A stretch of DNA of 53,605 nt from Actinomycetota bacterium (GCA_041158245.1 JBEBBT010000134.1:1-53605), one strand, 5' to 3'; positions 18,435-28,507 are shown, numbered from the stretch's first letter. Program-made: numbers and translations. The notes: a model not told the origin generated them from the sequence alone.

Positions 18435-19431
18435 CGACATTCTCACCCTAGGTTCACAGCCTGATCAAACTCAAATTAGCGAAATTCTGGACAATCACAA
18501 ATGGCTATTAACTAAATCAGATTTTGAAAAACTTGAAAAAGCAATCGCAAACGAATTGTCAGGATATGGGCCACTCAATTCAGTGCTGTCTGAAAACGTA
18601 ACGGATGTTTTAGTCAATTCGCCAGATTCTGTTTGGGTTGATAGTGGCGGTGGCTTAACCCACTTCACGAATATTTTTGAAAGCGCTGATGAGATTGCTT
18701 TTTTAGCAAGACGCTTAGCTAGTTTGGCAAACTCCCGCTTAGATGATGTCGAACCATTTGTCGATGGGCTCCTTCCCGATGGAACTCGTCTACACGCCTT
18801 ACTTCCTCCGGTGGCAGGAAAGTGCGCCAAAATTTCTTTGAGGTTTCCAAGTCAAAAAATCATTCCGATTGAATCGTGGATGTTGGATTTAAATGAAACA
18901 GAGTTAGATTTACTGAACCGAGTGGTTCGTGGTGAATTGTCATTTGTAATCTCCGGAGCAACCGGTTCGGGCAAAACAACTCTACTCAAATCGATTATCA
19001 ATGCGCGGCCATCTGGACAAAGAATTTTGATACTCGAAGAAGCTTCCGAAATTCAGCTAACTAAACCCAACATAATTTCATTGGTCGCGCGCAACCCGAA
19101 CACAGAAGGGATGGGGGAGTTCACACTGCAGAAACTGGTTCGTCAGTCTTTAAGAATGCGACCAGATTCAATTGTGATTGGCGAAGTTCGTGGAATTGAA
19201 TTAATTGATTTTCTTTTAGCGGTGTCGAGTGGACATGGTGGTTCTGGCACCACAATCCATGCAAACCCTGGTTTTGTTGAACGGCGAATTGGGATTCTGG
19301 CTGGTCTTGCAAAAATGGATTCAAAGTTCGCTGTCGATTTGTTTAAAAGTTCGATAGATGTCGTGATTCATTGTGAACGTAGAAATGGGAAAAGAATTAT
19401 TACCACGATTGCGGAAAACCATCAGTGTTGA
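18397..19431 (+). CDS. tadA: TadA/CpaF-family secretion ATPase (T2SSE)
   Basis: Walker A GATGSGKTT, Walker B ILILEE, and GHGGSGTTIHAN (His box). The start is uncertain; as drawn it overlaps the upstream ORF by 38 nt. Confidence 0.85.
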   Translation: MQTFAEIFHIVISDILTLGSQPDQTQISEILDNHKWLLTKSDFEKLEKAIANELSGYGPLNSVLSENVTDVLVNSPDSVWVDSGGGLTHFTNIFESADEIAFLARRLASLANSRLDDVEPFVDGLLPDGTRLHALLPPVAGKCAKISLRFPSQKIIPIESWMLDLNETELDLLNRVVRGELSFVISGATGSGKTTLLKSIINARPSGQRILILEEASEIQLTKPNIISLVARNPNTEGMGEFTLQKLVRQSLRMRPDSIVIGEVRGIELIDFLLAVSSGHGGSGTTIHANPGFVERRIGILAGLAKMDSKFAVDLFKSSIDVVIHCERRNGKRIITTIAENHQC

Positions 19432-20531
19432 TGTTGGGAATTGTTTCTTTTGTAACTGTAGTGCTGGTGATGTATCCAATCAAAGTTATTGGCAATTCCC
19501 CTAAGATACTTGATAAAAGCGAATCAAAAACTCTTGAAGAACTATTTCGTTTACGGAGTTTTGCTCAAATTGGCAGGATAGAAAATTATCCAAATGTTAT
19601 TGACCCTTGGCAAAGGGAGATTTCATCTCTAAAAGATCTTCAGGAATCAACAGGCATAGGCGTCATTCCACTGATCGATCATTTAATTGATTGTGAACGG
19701 GACCTAGAAACTCTAAAAAGAGAATTCCGCACCAGAAGCTCTACAGCAACCGGGGCATCATTGACTTTAAGTTTCATGCCATTGTTGATGTGGTTGATTG
19801 GAATTTCTATCGGTGTAGATGTCTTTGGTTTTCTTTTATCATGGCTTGGTATAGCGGTTTTACTCATTGGTGGAATTCTCACACTCATTAGTCGACTATT
19901 ACTTAGGAGATTAGCTTTTCACGCGGTTTTAAAGCCAAAACTTAATAGTCGCAAAACATTGTCTCGCGACGCGGCAACACTTGTGGGCTTCGTGACGGTT
20001 ATTTCTTTTCAAACAAACTACTTTGGATTCGTAGTTGCGGTATTTGCGGCAATCGTCATCCACAATTCTTGGAACCTGGCTGCAAGCCAAAATCCAGATC
20101 TTCAGACTTTTGTTATTCGAGATCAACAGCACTTTGAACTGATTGCAATCTCTTGTCTAATAGATGCAGGGTTAACTTGGACTACTGCACTATCCAACAT
20201 GCAAAATCCAGAACTAATACGGATCTCGGAACGAATCCAAATGGGTTTTACAGCACAATCTGCATTCACTAGCTCGAGTCATTGGCAAGAAGTTGGCAAT
20301 TTAATTGCCGAATCAATGCAGAGAGGAACTCGAATAGCTCGCGACCTAAAAATACTTGCAAGCGAATATCGCCAACAATCACTCAACTATCGCATTCAAC
20401 ATTGCGAACGAATTGCTGGGAGATTGATAATTCCAGTCAATTTGCTGCAATTGCCAGCTTTTATATTGCTAGGGCTGGTTCCAATTGTGGCTCCACTACT
20501 TATGCAAACCCTTGATGCTTTCCACATTTAG
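19425..20531 (+). CDS. Fused TadB/TadC-like inner-membrane platform protein (T2SSF-like)
   Basis: 368-aa ORF made of two similar halves, each a soluble helical part followed by paired TM helices. It occupies the position of tadB and tadC in actinobacterial Tad loci. Confidence 0.55.
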   Translation: MLMLGIVSFVTVVLVMYPIKVIGNSPKILDKSESKTLEELFRLRSFAQIGRIENYPNVIDPWQREISSLKDLQESTGIGVIPLIDHLIDCERDLETLKREFRTRSSTATGASLTLSFMPLLMWLIGISIGVDVFGFLLSWLGIAVLLIGGILTLISRLLLRRLAFHAVLKPKLNSRKTLSRDAATLVGFVTVISFQTNYFGFVVAVFAAIVIHNSWNLAASQNPDLQTFVIRDQQHFELIAISCLIDAGLTWTTALSNMQNPELIRISERIQMGFTAQSAFTSSSHWQEVGNLIAESMQRGTRIARDLKILASEYRQQSLNYRIQHCERIAGRLIIPVNLLQLPAFILLGLVPIVAPLLMQTLDAFHI

Positions 20532-20623
20532 TTTGTTAACCGAGTTTCTTCACAGATGTTGAGTTACTTATTTTTCGTTGATTCGAATGGATTTACTTAT
20601 CTCCCATTCAAAGAAAGGAATAT

Positions 20624-20812
20624 ATGTTCATCAAAACTTTAATTCGCTTGCGAGATCTTCAAGAAGGAGCATTGACCGCGGAGTATGCAACGGTTGGTGT
20701 GGCTGCGTGTGGAGCGGCTGGAATTCTTTATAAGTTTTTCACAAGTACAAGTTTTGCAGCACTGCTCTCAAATATTTTCGAACAAGCTTTTACGTGGATA
20801 TTTAATCGATGA
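20624..20812 (+). CDS. flp: Flp-type prepilin (DUF4244-like)
   Basis: 62 aa. EG/ALTAEYATVGVAA fits the Flp processing motif G-XXXX-EY, followed by a hydrophobic helix. Confidence 0.75.
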   Translation: MFIKTLIRLRDLQEGALTAEYATVGVAACGAAGILYKFFTSTSFAALLSNIFEQAFTWIFNR

Positions 20813-21180
20813 AGAAATTATGGTTTCTGCGGTTTAGATCTCAGTCCGGTTCAGTAACCGCAGAAACCGCAATTTCAATTGCGTTCATAGTATTTGCGGG
20901 GTTCGTATTGATCAGCTGTCTTGGTTTTGCAATGCAGTTTCAAAGACTTCAAACACTCGCACAAGAATCTAGTAGAACTGCAGCTTCCTTAGAGAATCCA
21001 CTGCTTCTCGAAACCCAGATTAAAGATTTGCTTCACGGTGTCAATCCCAAGGTAAGTGTTAAGTTTGATTGGCAGACACAATATGTAACAGTGGTTTTAT
21101 CTGAGCCAACTAGCGGCCTTGTGAATATTTTGAAAAAGGAAATTGAGATTGCTGCTATTGCACCGAGGTGGAGTGGATGA
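20809..21180 (+). CDS. TadE-like pseudopilin
   Basis: SGSVTAETAISIAFIVFAGFVL is a TadE-type N-terminus (G-XXXX-E followed by a hydrophobic helix). 4-nt overlap with flp. Confidence 0.65.
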   Translation: MKKLWFLRFRSQSGSVTAETAISIAFIVFAGFVLISCLGFAMQFQRLQTLAQESSRTAASLENPLLLETQIKDLLHGVNPKVSVKFDWQTQYVTVVLSEPTSGLVNILKKEIEIAAIAPRWSG

Positions 21181-21521
21181 TCACGAATTCTGTAGTGGTG
21201 TGGCTTTGTGCATTTGCACTATTTACTTTTTCACTTATTTCAGGATTTTCGGTGGTAGTCCAATATCAAGAACTTCAACACTCAGCTGAAAATATTGCAA
21301 TTCAGGTGGCACGCTCGCAGGCGATAAATCCAGATATATCAATTCGAGATATCTGTATCACCCTGGCAAAGCCTGAAAACTCTGATCTAGAAAGTTGTGA
21401 AATTTCACCAAAATGGGTTCAGATTGCCATCTCAAAAAGGGTCTCGGCCCTTGGTAGGACCTTCAAAATTAGGGCAGATTCTCGGGTTGGATATGGTTTT
21501 TACTCACAAAATGAGGCCTGA
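21168..21521 (+). CDS. Second TadE-like / Rv3654c-family protein
   Basis: N-terminal hydrophobic helix, then QELQHSAENIAIQVARS resembling the conserved helix of the Rv3654c family. The call rests on position and weak similarity. Confidence 0.45.
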   Translation: MEWMITNSVVVWLCAFALFTFSLISGFSVVVQYQELQHSAENIAIQVARSQAINPDISIRDICITLAKPENSDLESCEISPKWVQIAISKRVSALGRTFKIRADSRVGYGFYSQNEA

Positions 21522-21659
21522 GAGCGGTTATTTCGGGAATTTGTGAGCGTTTACACTTCGCGCAGTGACTAATCAGCCTCATTTTGAGGCTTCCGCGCAG
21601 TGTGGCCGGGCAGCACGCCTGTTTCGCTGTTCGGTAAATAATTGAGGAGAACAATTCTT

Positions 21660-24014
21660 ATGTCGCATGCTCTCATTGCACTCGAGTCGGTTTCGATTTC
21701 AGGCAGCAACCTAATGGTTATTGTCGGTGTCGCAATCGTTGCACTCGCCGCTCTTGGTTTCGCGGGTTACCTTGTGAAAGAGGTGCTCTCTTCAGACGAA
21801 GGCACCGAACGCATGAAGGAAATTGCCGGCGCTGTCCAGGAAGGTGCTGCTGCATACCTGCAACGCCAATTCAAGACCCTCTCAATTTTCGTGGTCTTGG
21901 TTTTCTTCTTACTCTTCTTACTTCCAGCAGAAACTACTGCTGAAAAAATCGGTCGCTCTCTCTTCTTCGTAGTTGGTGCAGTTTTCTCCGCTACCACAGG
22001 CTACATGGGTATGTGGTTGGCAGTTCGAGGCAACGTTCGCGTCGCCGCCGCAGCTAAGGATCAAGGTGAAAACGCTGCAATGCGTATCGCATTCCGCACC
22101 GGCGGTGTTGCAGGCATGTTCACAGTTGGTTTGGGCTTGTTCGGTGCCGCGCTTGTAGTTTTGGTTTACAAAGCTGAAGCACCAAAAGTTCTTGAAGGAT
22201 TCGGATTCGGTGCAGCTTTGCTTGCAATGTTCATGCGCGTCGGTGGCGGTATCTTCACCAAAGCAGCAGACGTTGGAGCTGACTTGGTTGGAAAAGTTGA
22301 AAATGGAATTCCTGAAGACGATCCACGTAACGCTGCAACAATCGCAGACAACGTTGGCGACAACGTTGGTGACTGTGCTGGTATGGCAGCGGACCTATTT
22401 GAATCATACGCAGTAACACTTGTTGCAGCTTTGATTCTTGGTAAAGCCACTTTCGGTGAATTAGGTTTGGTTTTCCCACTAGTGGTTCCTGCAATCGGTG
22501 TATTAACAGCAGTGATTGGTATCTTGGCTGTCCGCCCACGCGAAACTGACAAGACTGGAATGCAAGCAATTAACCGTGGTTTCTTCTACTCAGCTGCTGT
22601 TTCTGCTGTGCTTGTCGCGGTTGCTTCATTCTTCATGTTGCCAGCTACTTTGGCTGAACTAAATCCAGTCGGTCTTGCTGCTGACATCATTGCAAATCCG
22701 GATCTTCCTTCGTTGAATCCACGCTATCTTGCAATCGGTGCAGTATTAATCGGTATTGCACTTGCAGCAGCAATTCAAATTCTTACTGGTTACTTCACTG
22801 AAACCCACCGTCGTCCAGTTGATGACGTAGCAAAATCTTCTGTAACTGGTCCAGCTACTGTTATTTTGAGTGGTATTTCACTTGGTCTTGAATCAGCTGT
22901 TTACTCAGCATTGCTAATTGGTGCAGCTGTGTACGCAGCCGCAACACTTGGTGGCGGTTCTGCAATTCTTGGATTGTTTGCAATTGCACTTGCCGGAACA
23001 GGTTTGCTAACAACGGTTGGTGTAATTGTTTCGATGGACACATTCGGTCCAGTATCCGACAACGCACAAGGTATTGCTGAAATGTCGAAAGATGTTCACG
23101 GCGAAGGCGCAGCAATTCTTACCCGTCTAGATGCAGTTGGAAATACAACTAAGGCAATTACAAAAGGTATTGCAATCGCAACTGCGGTACTTGCTGCAAC
23201 TGCGCTGTTTGGTTCATTCCGCGATGCAGTAACAGCTGCAGCATCTGGACTTGGTGAAAAAGCAGTTGAATTCCAAGGAGTTCTTGACGTTGCACAACCA
23301 AATAACTTGGTTGGTTTGATTATTGGTGCTTCTGTCGTGTTCTTGTTCTCTGGCCTTGCAATCAATGCAGTGTCACGTGCAGCAGGAGCTGTTATTCACG
23401 AAGTTCGTCGACAGTTCCGCGATCACCCAGGAATTATGGAAGGCACCGAAAAGCCTGAATACGGCAAGGTAGTCGACATTGTTACTTTGGATTCATTGCG
23501 CGAACTTGCGACTCCTGGTTTGCTAGCAGTTCTAACTCCAATTGCTGTTGGTTTCGGTCTTGGAATCGGCGCTCTTGGTTCATTCCTTGCTGGCACCATT
23601 GCAGCAGGTACTTTGATGGCAGTTTTCCTATCCAACTCTGGTGGAGCTTGGGACAACGCAAAGAAGTTTGTTGAAGATGGACACTTCGGTGGTAAAAATT
23701 CAGAAGCTCACGCGGCGACTGTTATTGGTGACACTGTTGGTGACCCATTCAAAGACACTGCAGGCCCGGCTATCAACCCACTCATCAAGGTTATGAACCT
23801 GGTTGCGCTACTAATTGCACCTGCAGTTGTAAGCGCTCAGGTTTCAGACAGCCCGACTGTTCGAATCATTGCAGTTGCAATCTCTGTCGGCGTAATCATT
23901 GCAGCAGTGTGGATCAGCAAGCGTCGTCCGCTAGCTGTAGCCGCAGAAGAAATGGTTATTCCAGCAGAAGATTTGGAATATGTAGTGACTCATAAGAACG
24001 AGCACTACTCTTAA
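21660..24014 (+). CDS. hppA: Membrane-bound H+-translocating pyrophosphatase, K+-independent type
   Basis: About 16 TM helices with DNVGDNVGD and GDTVGDPFKD motifs. GNTTKAITKG carries the Lys/Thr pair characteristic of K+-independent enzymes. ATG 21660 follows a GAGGAG SD. Confidence 0.9.
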   Translation: MSHALIALESVSISGSNLMVIVGVAIVALAALGFAGYLVKEVLSSDEGTERMKEIAGAVQEGAAAYLQRQFKTLSIFVVLVFFLLFLLPAETTAEKIGRSLFFVVGAVFSATTGYMGMWLAVRGNVRVAAAAKDQGENAAMRIAFRTGGVAGMFTVGLGLFGAALVVLVYKAEAPKVLEGFGFGAALLAMFMRVGGGIFTKAADVGADLVGKVENGIPEDDPRNAATIADNVGDNVGDCAGMAADLFESYAVTLVAALILGKATFGELGLVFPLVVPAIGVLTAVIGILAVRPRETDKTGMQAINRGFFYSAAVSAVLVAVASFFMLPATLAELNPVGLAADIIANPDLPSLNPRYLAIGAVLIGIALAAAIQILTGYFTETHRRPVDDVAKSSVTGPATVILSGISLGLESAVYSALLIGAAVYAAATLGGGSAILGLFAIALAGTGLLTTVGVIVSMDTFGPVSDNAQGIAEMSKDVHGEGAAILTRLDAVGNTTKAITKGIAIATAVLAATALFGSFRDAVTAAASGLGEKAVEFQGVLDVAQPNNLVGLIIGASVVFLFSGLAINAVSRAAGAVIHEVRRQFRDHPGIMEGTEKPEYGKVVDIVTLDSLRELATPGLLAVLTPIAVGFGLGIGALGSFLAGTIAAGTLMAVFLSNSGGAWDNAKKFVEDGHFGGKNSEAHAATVIGDTVGDPFKDTAGPAINPLIKVMNLVALLIAPAVVSAQVSDSPTVRIIAVAISVGVIIAAVWISKRRPLAVAAEEMVIPAEDLEYVVTHKNEHYS

Positions 24015-24025
24015 TTAATAAGTGA

Positions 24026-24066
24026 CAAACCCGCTATCACTCCAAGTGTTAGCGGGTTTGTTTTTT
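24026..24066 (+). terminator. Intrinsic terminator after hppA
   Basis: 11-bp stem CAAACCCGCTA/TAGCGGGTTTG (24026-24036 and 24050-24060) followed by TTTTTT. Confidence 0.8.
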
Positions 24067-24074
24067 AAAGCGAG

Positions 24075-25172
24075 GTGATTATGGTGGTATCAAGTTTTGA
24101 ATATCATGGTTCGATATTTCAACTTCAGCACGATGACCTCGCGGGCGAATCCCTAAATCCTGATGCAGTTTTAGGAGTTGGTGGCGCAACTAGAACTTTG
24201 TTGAATTTGATTCCAGTTCGACATTTTGAAAAAGTCTGGGACCTAGGTTGCGGCAGTGGCGCAATTTCAATCGCGGTTTCAACTCATTGTGAAAAAGTAA
24301 TTGCTACAGATATTTCTGAGCGCGCATTAGATTTCGCAAAACAATCTGCACACATAAATGAAATTGAAAACATTGAATTTCGTTTAGGTTCTTTAACAAA
24401 CCCAATCGAAAATGAAACCTTTGATTTGATTGTTAGCAATCCTCCATTTGTTATAGGTGATGTGACAAACCTTGAACATCGTGAATCTCCGTTTGAAGCA
24501 GATGGATTAACTCGCGAATTACTGCGAGCAATTCCAAAACATTTAGACGAAAACGGAATTGCCATTTTTCTTACAGCTTGGCTAGAAACCGAATCAGAAG
24601 ATTGGCAAGACCGTATTGAACAGATGTTGCCCGATGATGTACACGTGTTGGTTGGGCTTAGAGATCTTCAGGCAATTGATGAATATGTTGCGACTTGGCT
24701 GGCCGATGCCAAGATTGACGATGAAAACATGATGTCGAACTGGAAAGCCAAATTAAATGAATGGAAAGTTCGCCACGTGGCGTTTGGATTTGTAGTTCTA
24801 CAAAAAGATGTGTCAGTTGAGCCGTGCCATAATTTAAATGATGTGCGTAATGCGACCCGCTTACCAAATGGCGAGGAAGTCATCACCGCCATCACTCAAA
24901 TGAAACAAGCTAGTGCCTTGTCGGCCCTAAGTGTCATCACCTCAAGTTTTACTGCCGCCACCTCACAAAGTTGGCGGGGAGATGTGGCACTAGATGGGGT
25001 TTTGTCAGGGTTGCGGACAAATCTCAGCGCCGGGCTGGATTTTGAGGGGGCTGTCGAAAAGGTGGCAGCTGAGCTCAAACTCGACCCGGAAGACGTGAGG
25101 GTCTATGGACTCGTTGGGGTAAAAACCCTCGTATCCATGGGGTTATTAGCCCTCAACACGCCGAGGATTTGA
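24075..25172 (+). CDS. Class I SAM-dependent methyltransferase (NPPF-motif, HemK/RsmC-like core)
   Basis: DLGCGSGAIS (motif I) and SNPPFV (motif IV). The long C-terminal extension has no recognisable function. Confidence 0.7.
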   Translation: MIMVVSSFEYHGSIFQLQHDDLAGESLNPDAVLGVGGATRTLLNLIPVRHFEKVWDLGCGSGAISIAVSTHCEKVIATDISERALDFAKQSAHINEIENIEFRLGSLTNPIENETFDLIVSNPPFVIGDVTNLEHRESPFEADGLTRELLRAIPKHLDENGIAIFLTAWLETESEDWQDRIEQMLPDDVHVLVGLRDLQAIDEYVATWLADAKIDDENMMSNWKAKLNEWKVRHVAFGFVVLQKDVSVEPCHNLNDVRNATRLPNGEEVITAITQMKQASALSALSVITSSFTAATSQSWRGDVALDGVLSGLRTNLSAGLDFEGAVEKVAAELKLDPEDVRVYGLVGVKTLVSMGLLALNTPRI

Positions 25173-25254
25173 ATTTAGACCCCTCTGCAGGGCACACTAA
25201 ATAATAAGGTAAAGACAATTGAACGATACTGAGAATGGACAGAACGAGAAGAAA

Positions 25255-27900
25255 ATGGCGAAGTCAGGCAACAAACTGGTCATCGTGGAGAGCCCCGCGA
25301 AGGCTAAAACTATTGGCAAATATCTAGGCGACGACTTTGTAGTAATGGCCTCGGTCGGTCATATCCGCGACCTTCCGGGCAGCGCCACTGAGATGCCAAT
25401 CGAATACAAGGGTGAGTCCTGGGCCAGCCTGGCAATCAACGTGGATCATGAATTCGAAGGAATCTACGTAGCTGATCCAAATAAGAAGAAGTTGATCAGT
25501 GAACTTAAAGCTGCTTTGAAAGAAGCCGACGAGCTTTACCTCGCAACAGACGAGGACCGAGAGGGAGAAGCAATCTCGTGGCACCTGCTCGAACTACTGC
25601 AACCAAAAGTTCCAGTCCATCGAATGGTGTTTCACGAAATCACTAGCAAGGCGATTGCTAACGCGGTTGAAAATCCACGCGACCTCGACATGAATCTGGT
25701 TGAAGCCCAAGAAACTCGCAGAAAAGTTGACCGACTCTTTGGTTATGAAGTCAGCGAAGTTTTGTGGCGAAAAGTAAAACCAAGAATTAGTGCCGGTCGT
25801 GTGCAATCTGCAGCTCTGCGATTGATTGTAGATCGCGAACGTGAACGTATCGCTTTTATCAAGGGCTCATACGCTGACATTCTTGCGCAGATGACACTTG
25901 GCTTCAAAGCTGAATTGCATAGTGTCAATGATGTGCGCATCGCGGACGGAAAATCCTTTGATGAAAACGGAAAATTAGTTGCGAAAAATGTTGTACTAAT
26001 TACTCTGTCAGAGGCTGAACGCTTAGTAAGTGCAATTGATAAAGAAAAATTTACAGTTGCAAAAATCGAACAGAAACAACAAAACCGCAAACCATTTGCG
26101 CCGTTTACCACTTCTACTTTGCAGCAAGAAGCCGGAAAGAAATTCCGCTGGTCATCCAAGCGCACAATGGACTTGGCACAAGATCTTTATGCACGAGGTT
26201 TTATCACCTACATGCGTACAGACTCACCAACTCTGTCTGAACAAGCAACCACAGCAGCTCGCAAACAAGCAACCGAGTTGTATGGTGCAAACAATGTTGC
26301 AGATGCACCGCGTTTATATGGCGCATCCGCAAAGGGAGCGCAAGAAGCACACGAAGCAATTCGTCCAGCCGGTGAAAACTTTGCGACTCCAGACATGTTA
26401 CGGGCTGAACTAAATGCGGACTCATTCCGTTTGTATGACTTGATTTGGCGCCGCACTCTCGCATCGCAGATGGCGGATTCGCGTGAAGCCACCACAACTG
26501 CAACTCTTGAAACCACTGCTGGTTCTGGCGAAAAACTAAGTTTCCGCGCAAGTGGCACAGTGGTGCTATTTGCAGGTTGGCGTGCTGCTTACGACATCGT
26601 TGAAGAAGATGAAGACGACGAAAACTCAGAAAAGCGTTTGCCCGCTTTAACCGAAGGTCAAGTCCTTTCGGCTGACGAGTTGAAGGCAGTTGGTCACGAA
26701 ACTAAACCACCAGCTCGCTTCACCGAACCATCGTTGGTTAAGAAAATGGAAGAAATTGGTATTGGCCGACCATCAACATACGCTGCAACCATCGCTACAT
26801 TGTTAGATCGTGGTTATGTAAGTAAGCCAAAGGGTCCAGCCTTAGTGCCGAGCTGGCTTGCTATGAACGTTATTAAATTGCTAGAAACTCACTACATGCA
26901 TTTAGTTGACTATGCATTCACTGCAAACATGGAATTAAAGCTCGACCAAGTCGCAGAAGGAAATCTTTCGCAACTAAAGATTCTGAAAGATTTCTACTGG
27001 GGTGGTGGCGAAGACTTCGAAGGTTTGAAACCACTTTTGAAAAACTGGGCTGATGAAATCGATGCTCGTGAAATGGCGAGTATCTCGATTCCAAACGCAG
27101 ATGCGGTTGTGCGAGTCGGTAAGTACGGCGCATTTCTTGAACGTGGCGAAACAACTGCAAATTTGCCAGAAGATGTTTTGCCAGATGAGCTAACTCCTGA
27201 AAAAGTGCAAGAGCTTTTTGATGCGCCATCAGGTGATCGCGAACTTGGAGTACACCCAGAAACCGGATATCCAATTGTTGCGAAGGTCGGTCGTTTCGGT
27301 CCTTATGTCACTGAAGTTTTGCCAGAAGGTACAAAAACAAAAGGTAAAGGCGCAATTAAGCCAAAGACCGCATCGCTTTTGAAATCAATGGCTTGGGACA
27401 CAGTCACAATGGAAGACGCACTGATGTTGATGTCACTTCCACGCACTGTTGGGGTTGATTCAGAGGGTCGCACAATCACTGCACAAAACGGTCCGTTTGG
27501 TCCATACCTACTACGCGAAAAAGACAGCCGCTCCTTACCTGATGAAGAATCTATGTTCACAATTACAGTTGAGGGTGCTCTCGAACTTTATGCGCAACCA
27601 AAAACTCGTGGACGTGGAGTTGCGAAAGAGCCATTAGCTAGTTACGGCAATGACCCAGTTACAAATCAACTGATTACTTTGCGCGAAGGCCGTTTTGGTT
27701 TGTATGTAACGGACGGTGAAACCAATGCCTCACTTCGAGTCGGTGACAATGCCCAAAACCTCACTCCAGAACGCGCGGTTGAACTTTTGAGCGATCGCCG
27801 TGAACGTGGACCGGTTGAAAAGAAAAAGCGTCCGCGCAAAGCAGCGAAAACCGCAGCCACAAAAACTGCAAAGAAAACCACTAAGAAATCAGCCAAATAA
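25255..27900 (+). CDS. topA: DNA topoisomerase I (actinobacterial type, Zn-finger-less C-terminal repeats and Lys-rich tail)
   Basis: Toprim KLVIVESPAKAKTIGKYLG and DEDREGE motifs, catalytic Tyr context GFITYMRTDS, and the tail KKKRPRKAAKTAATKTAKKTTKKSAK. The alternative TTG start at 25219 is not excluded. Confidence 0.95.
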   Translation: MAKSGNKLVIVESPAKAKTIGKYLGDDFVVMASVGHIRDLPGSATEMPIEYKGESWASLAINVDHEFEGIYVADPNKKKLISELKAALKEADELYLATDEDREGEAISWHLLELLQPKVPVHRMVFHEITSKAIANAVENPRDLDMNLVEAQETRRKVDRLFGYEVSEVLWRKVKPRISAGRVQSAALRLIVDRERERIAFIKGSYADILAQMTLGFKAELHSVNDVRIADGKSFDENGKLVAKNVVLITLSEAERLVSAIDKEKFTVAKIEQKQQNRKPFAPFTTSTLQQEAGKKFRWSSKRTMDLAQDLYARGFITYMRTDSPTLSEQATTAARKQATELYGANNVADAPRLYGASAKGAQEAHEAIRPAGENFATPDMLRAELNADSFRLYDLIWRRTLASQMADSREATTTATLETTAGSGEKLSFRASGTVVLFAGWRAAYDIVEEDEDDENSEKRLPALTEGQVLSADELKAVGHETKPPARFTEPSLVKKMEEIGIGRPSTYAATIATLLDRGYVSKPKGPALVPSWLAMNVIKLLETHYMHLVDYAFTANMELKLDQVAEGNLSQLKILKDFYWGGGEDFEGLKPLLKNWADEIDAREMASISIPNADAVVRVGKYGAFLERGETTANLPEDVLPDELTPEKVQELFDAPSGDRELGVHPETGYPIVAKVGRFGPYVTEVLPEGTKTKGKGAIKPKTASLLKSMAWDTVTMEDALMLMSLPRTVGVDSEGRTITAQNGPFGPYLLREKDSRSLPDEESMFTITVEGALELYAQPKTRGRGVAKEPLASYGNDPVTNQLITLREGRFGLYVTDGETNASLRVGDNAQNLTPERAVELLSDRRERGPVEKKKRPRKAAKTAATKTAKKTTKKSAK

Positions 27901-28505
27901 TGTCTGGCTTCTTTATCGCTTTGGAAGGTGGCGACGGCGCTGGCAAGTCCACTCAGGTGAAACTGCTCGCCGCCGCCCTTCAAGGCAAACGCGAAGTGGT
28001 CATTACTCGTGAACCTGGCGGCTCTGATGTTGCAGAACACATCCGTGAGGTTTTGTTAAATCCAAACCATCGAATTGATGGCATGACCGAGGCTTTGCTG
28101 TTTGCTGCCGCAAGAGCTGATCACGTTAGCAAAGTAATTCGACCAGCTCTTGAGCGCAACCATGTTGTAATCAGTGACCGCTTTGTGGACTCATCAATTG
28201 CATATCAGGGTGTAGCCCGCAAACTAGGAATTGAAATGGTTCGCGAACTAAACATGATTGCAACCAACAACCTAGTGCCAGACCTAACAATCGTTTTGGA
28301 TGTCACGACTGACGCTGGACTTGCTCGCGCCCAAGAACCTAATCGAATGGAAAACGAGGGTGCTGACTTTCACGAAATCGTCAAAGATGCCTTTTTACGA
28401 TTGGCGGAACTCGAACCAAGTCGCTATCTTGTGATTTCTGCACATCAATCGCGTGAAGCGATTGCCGAAACTATTTTGCAAGAAGTAATGAAGCGGTTGA
28501 ATTAG
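27900..28505 (+). CDS. tmk: Thymidylate kinase
   Basis: FIALEGGDGAGKSTQ P-loop and a DRF motif. TAATG overlap with topA. Confidence 0.9.
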   Translation: MSGFFIALEGGDGAGKSTQVKLLAAALQGKREVVITREPGGSDVAEHIREVLLNPNHRIDGMTEALLFAAARADHVSKVIRPALERNHVVISDRFVDSSIAYQGVARKLGIEMVRELNMIATNNLVPDLTIVLDVTTDAGLARAQEPNRMENEGADFHEIVKDAFLRLAELEPSRYLVISAHQSREAIAETILQEVMKRLN

Positions 28506-28507
28506 AA

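Noticed and set aside
22166-23656. Multiple 74-128-aa antisense or off-frame ORFs inside hppA
   Set aside because: These are typical shadow ORFs of a long, Ala/Gly/Val-rich membrane protein gene. hppA itself is unambiguous.
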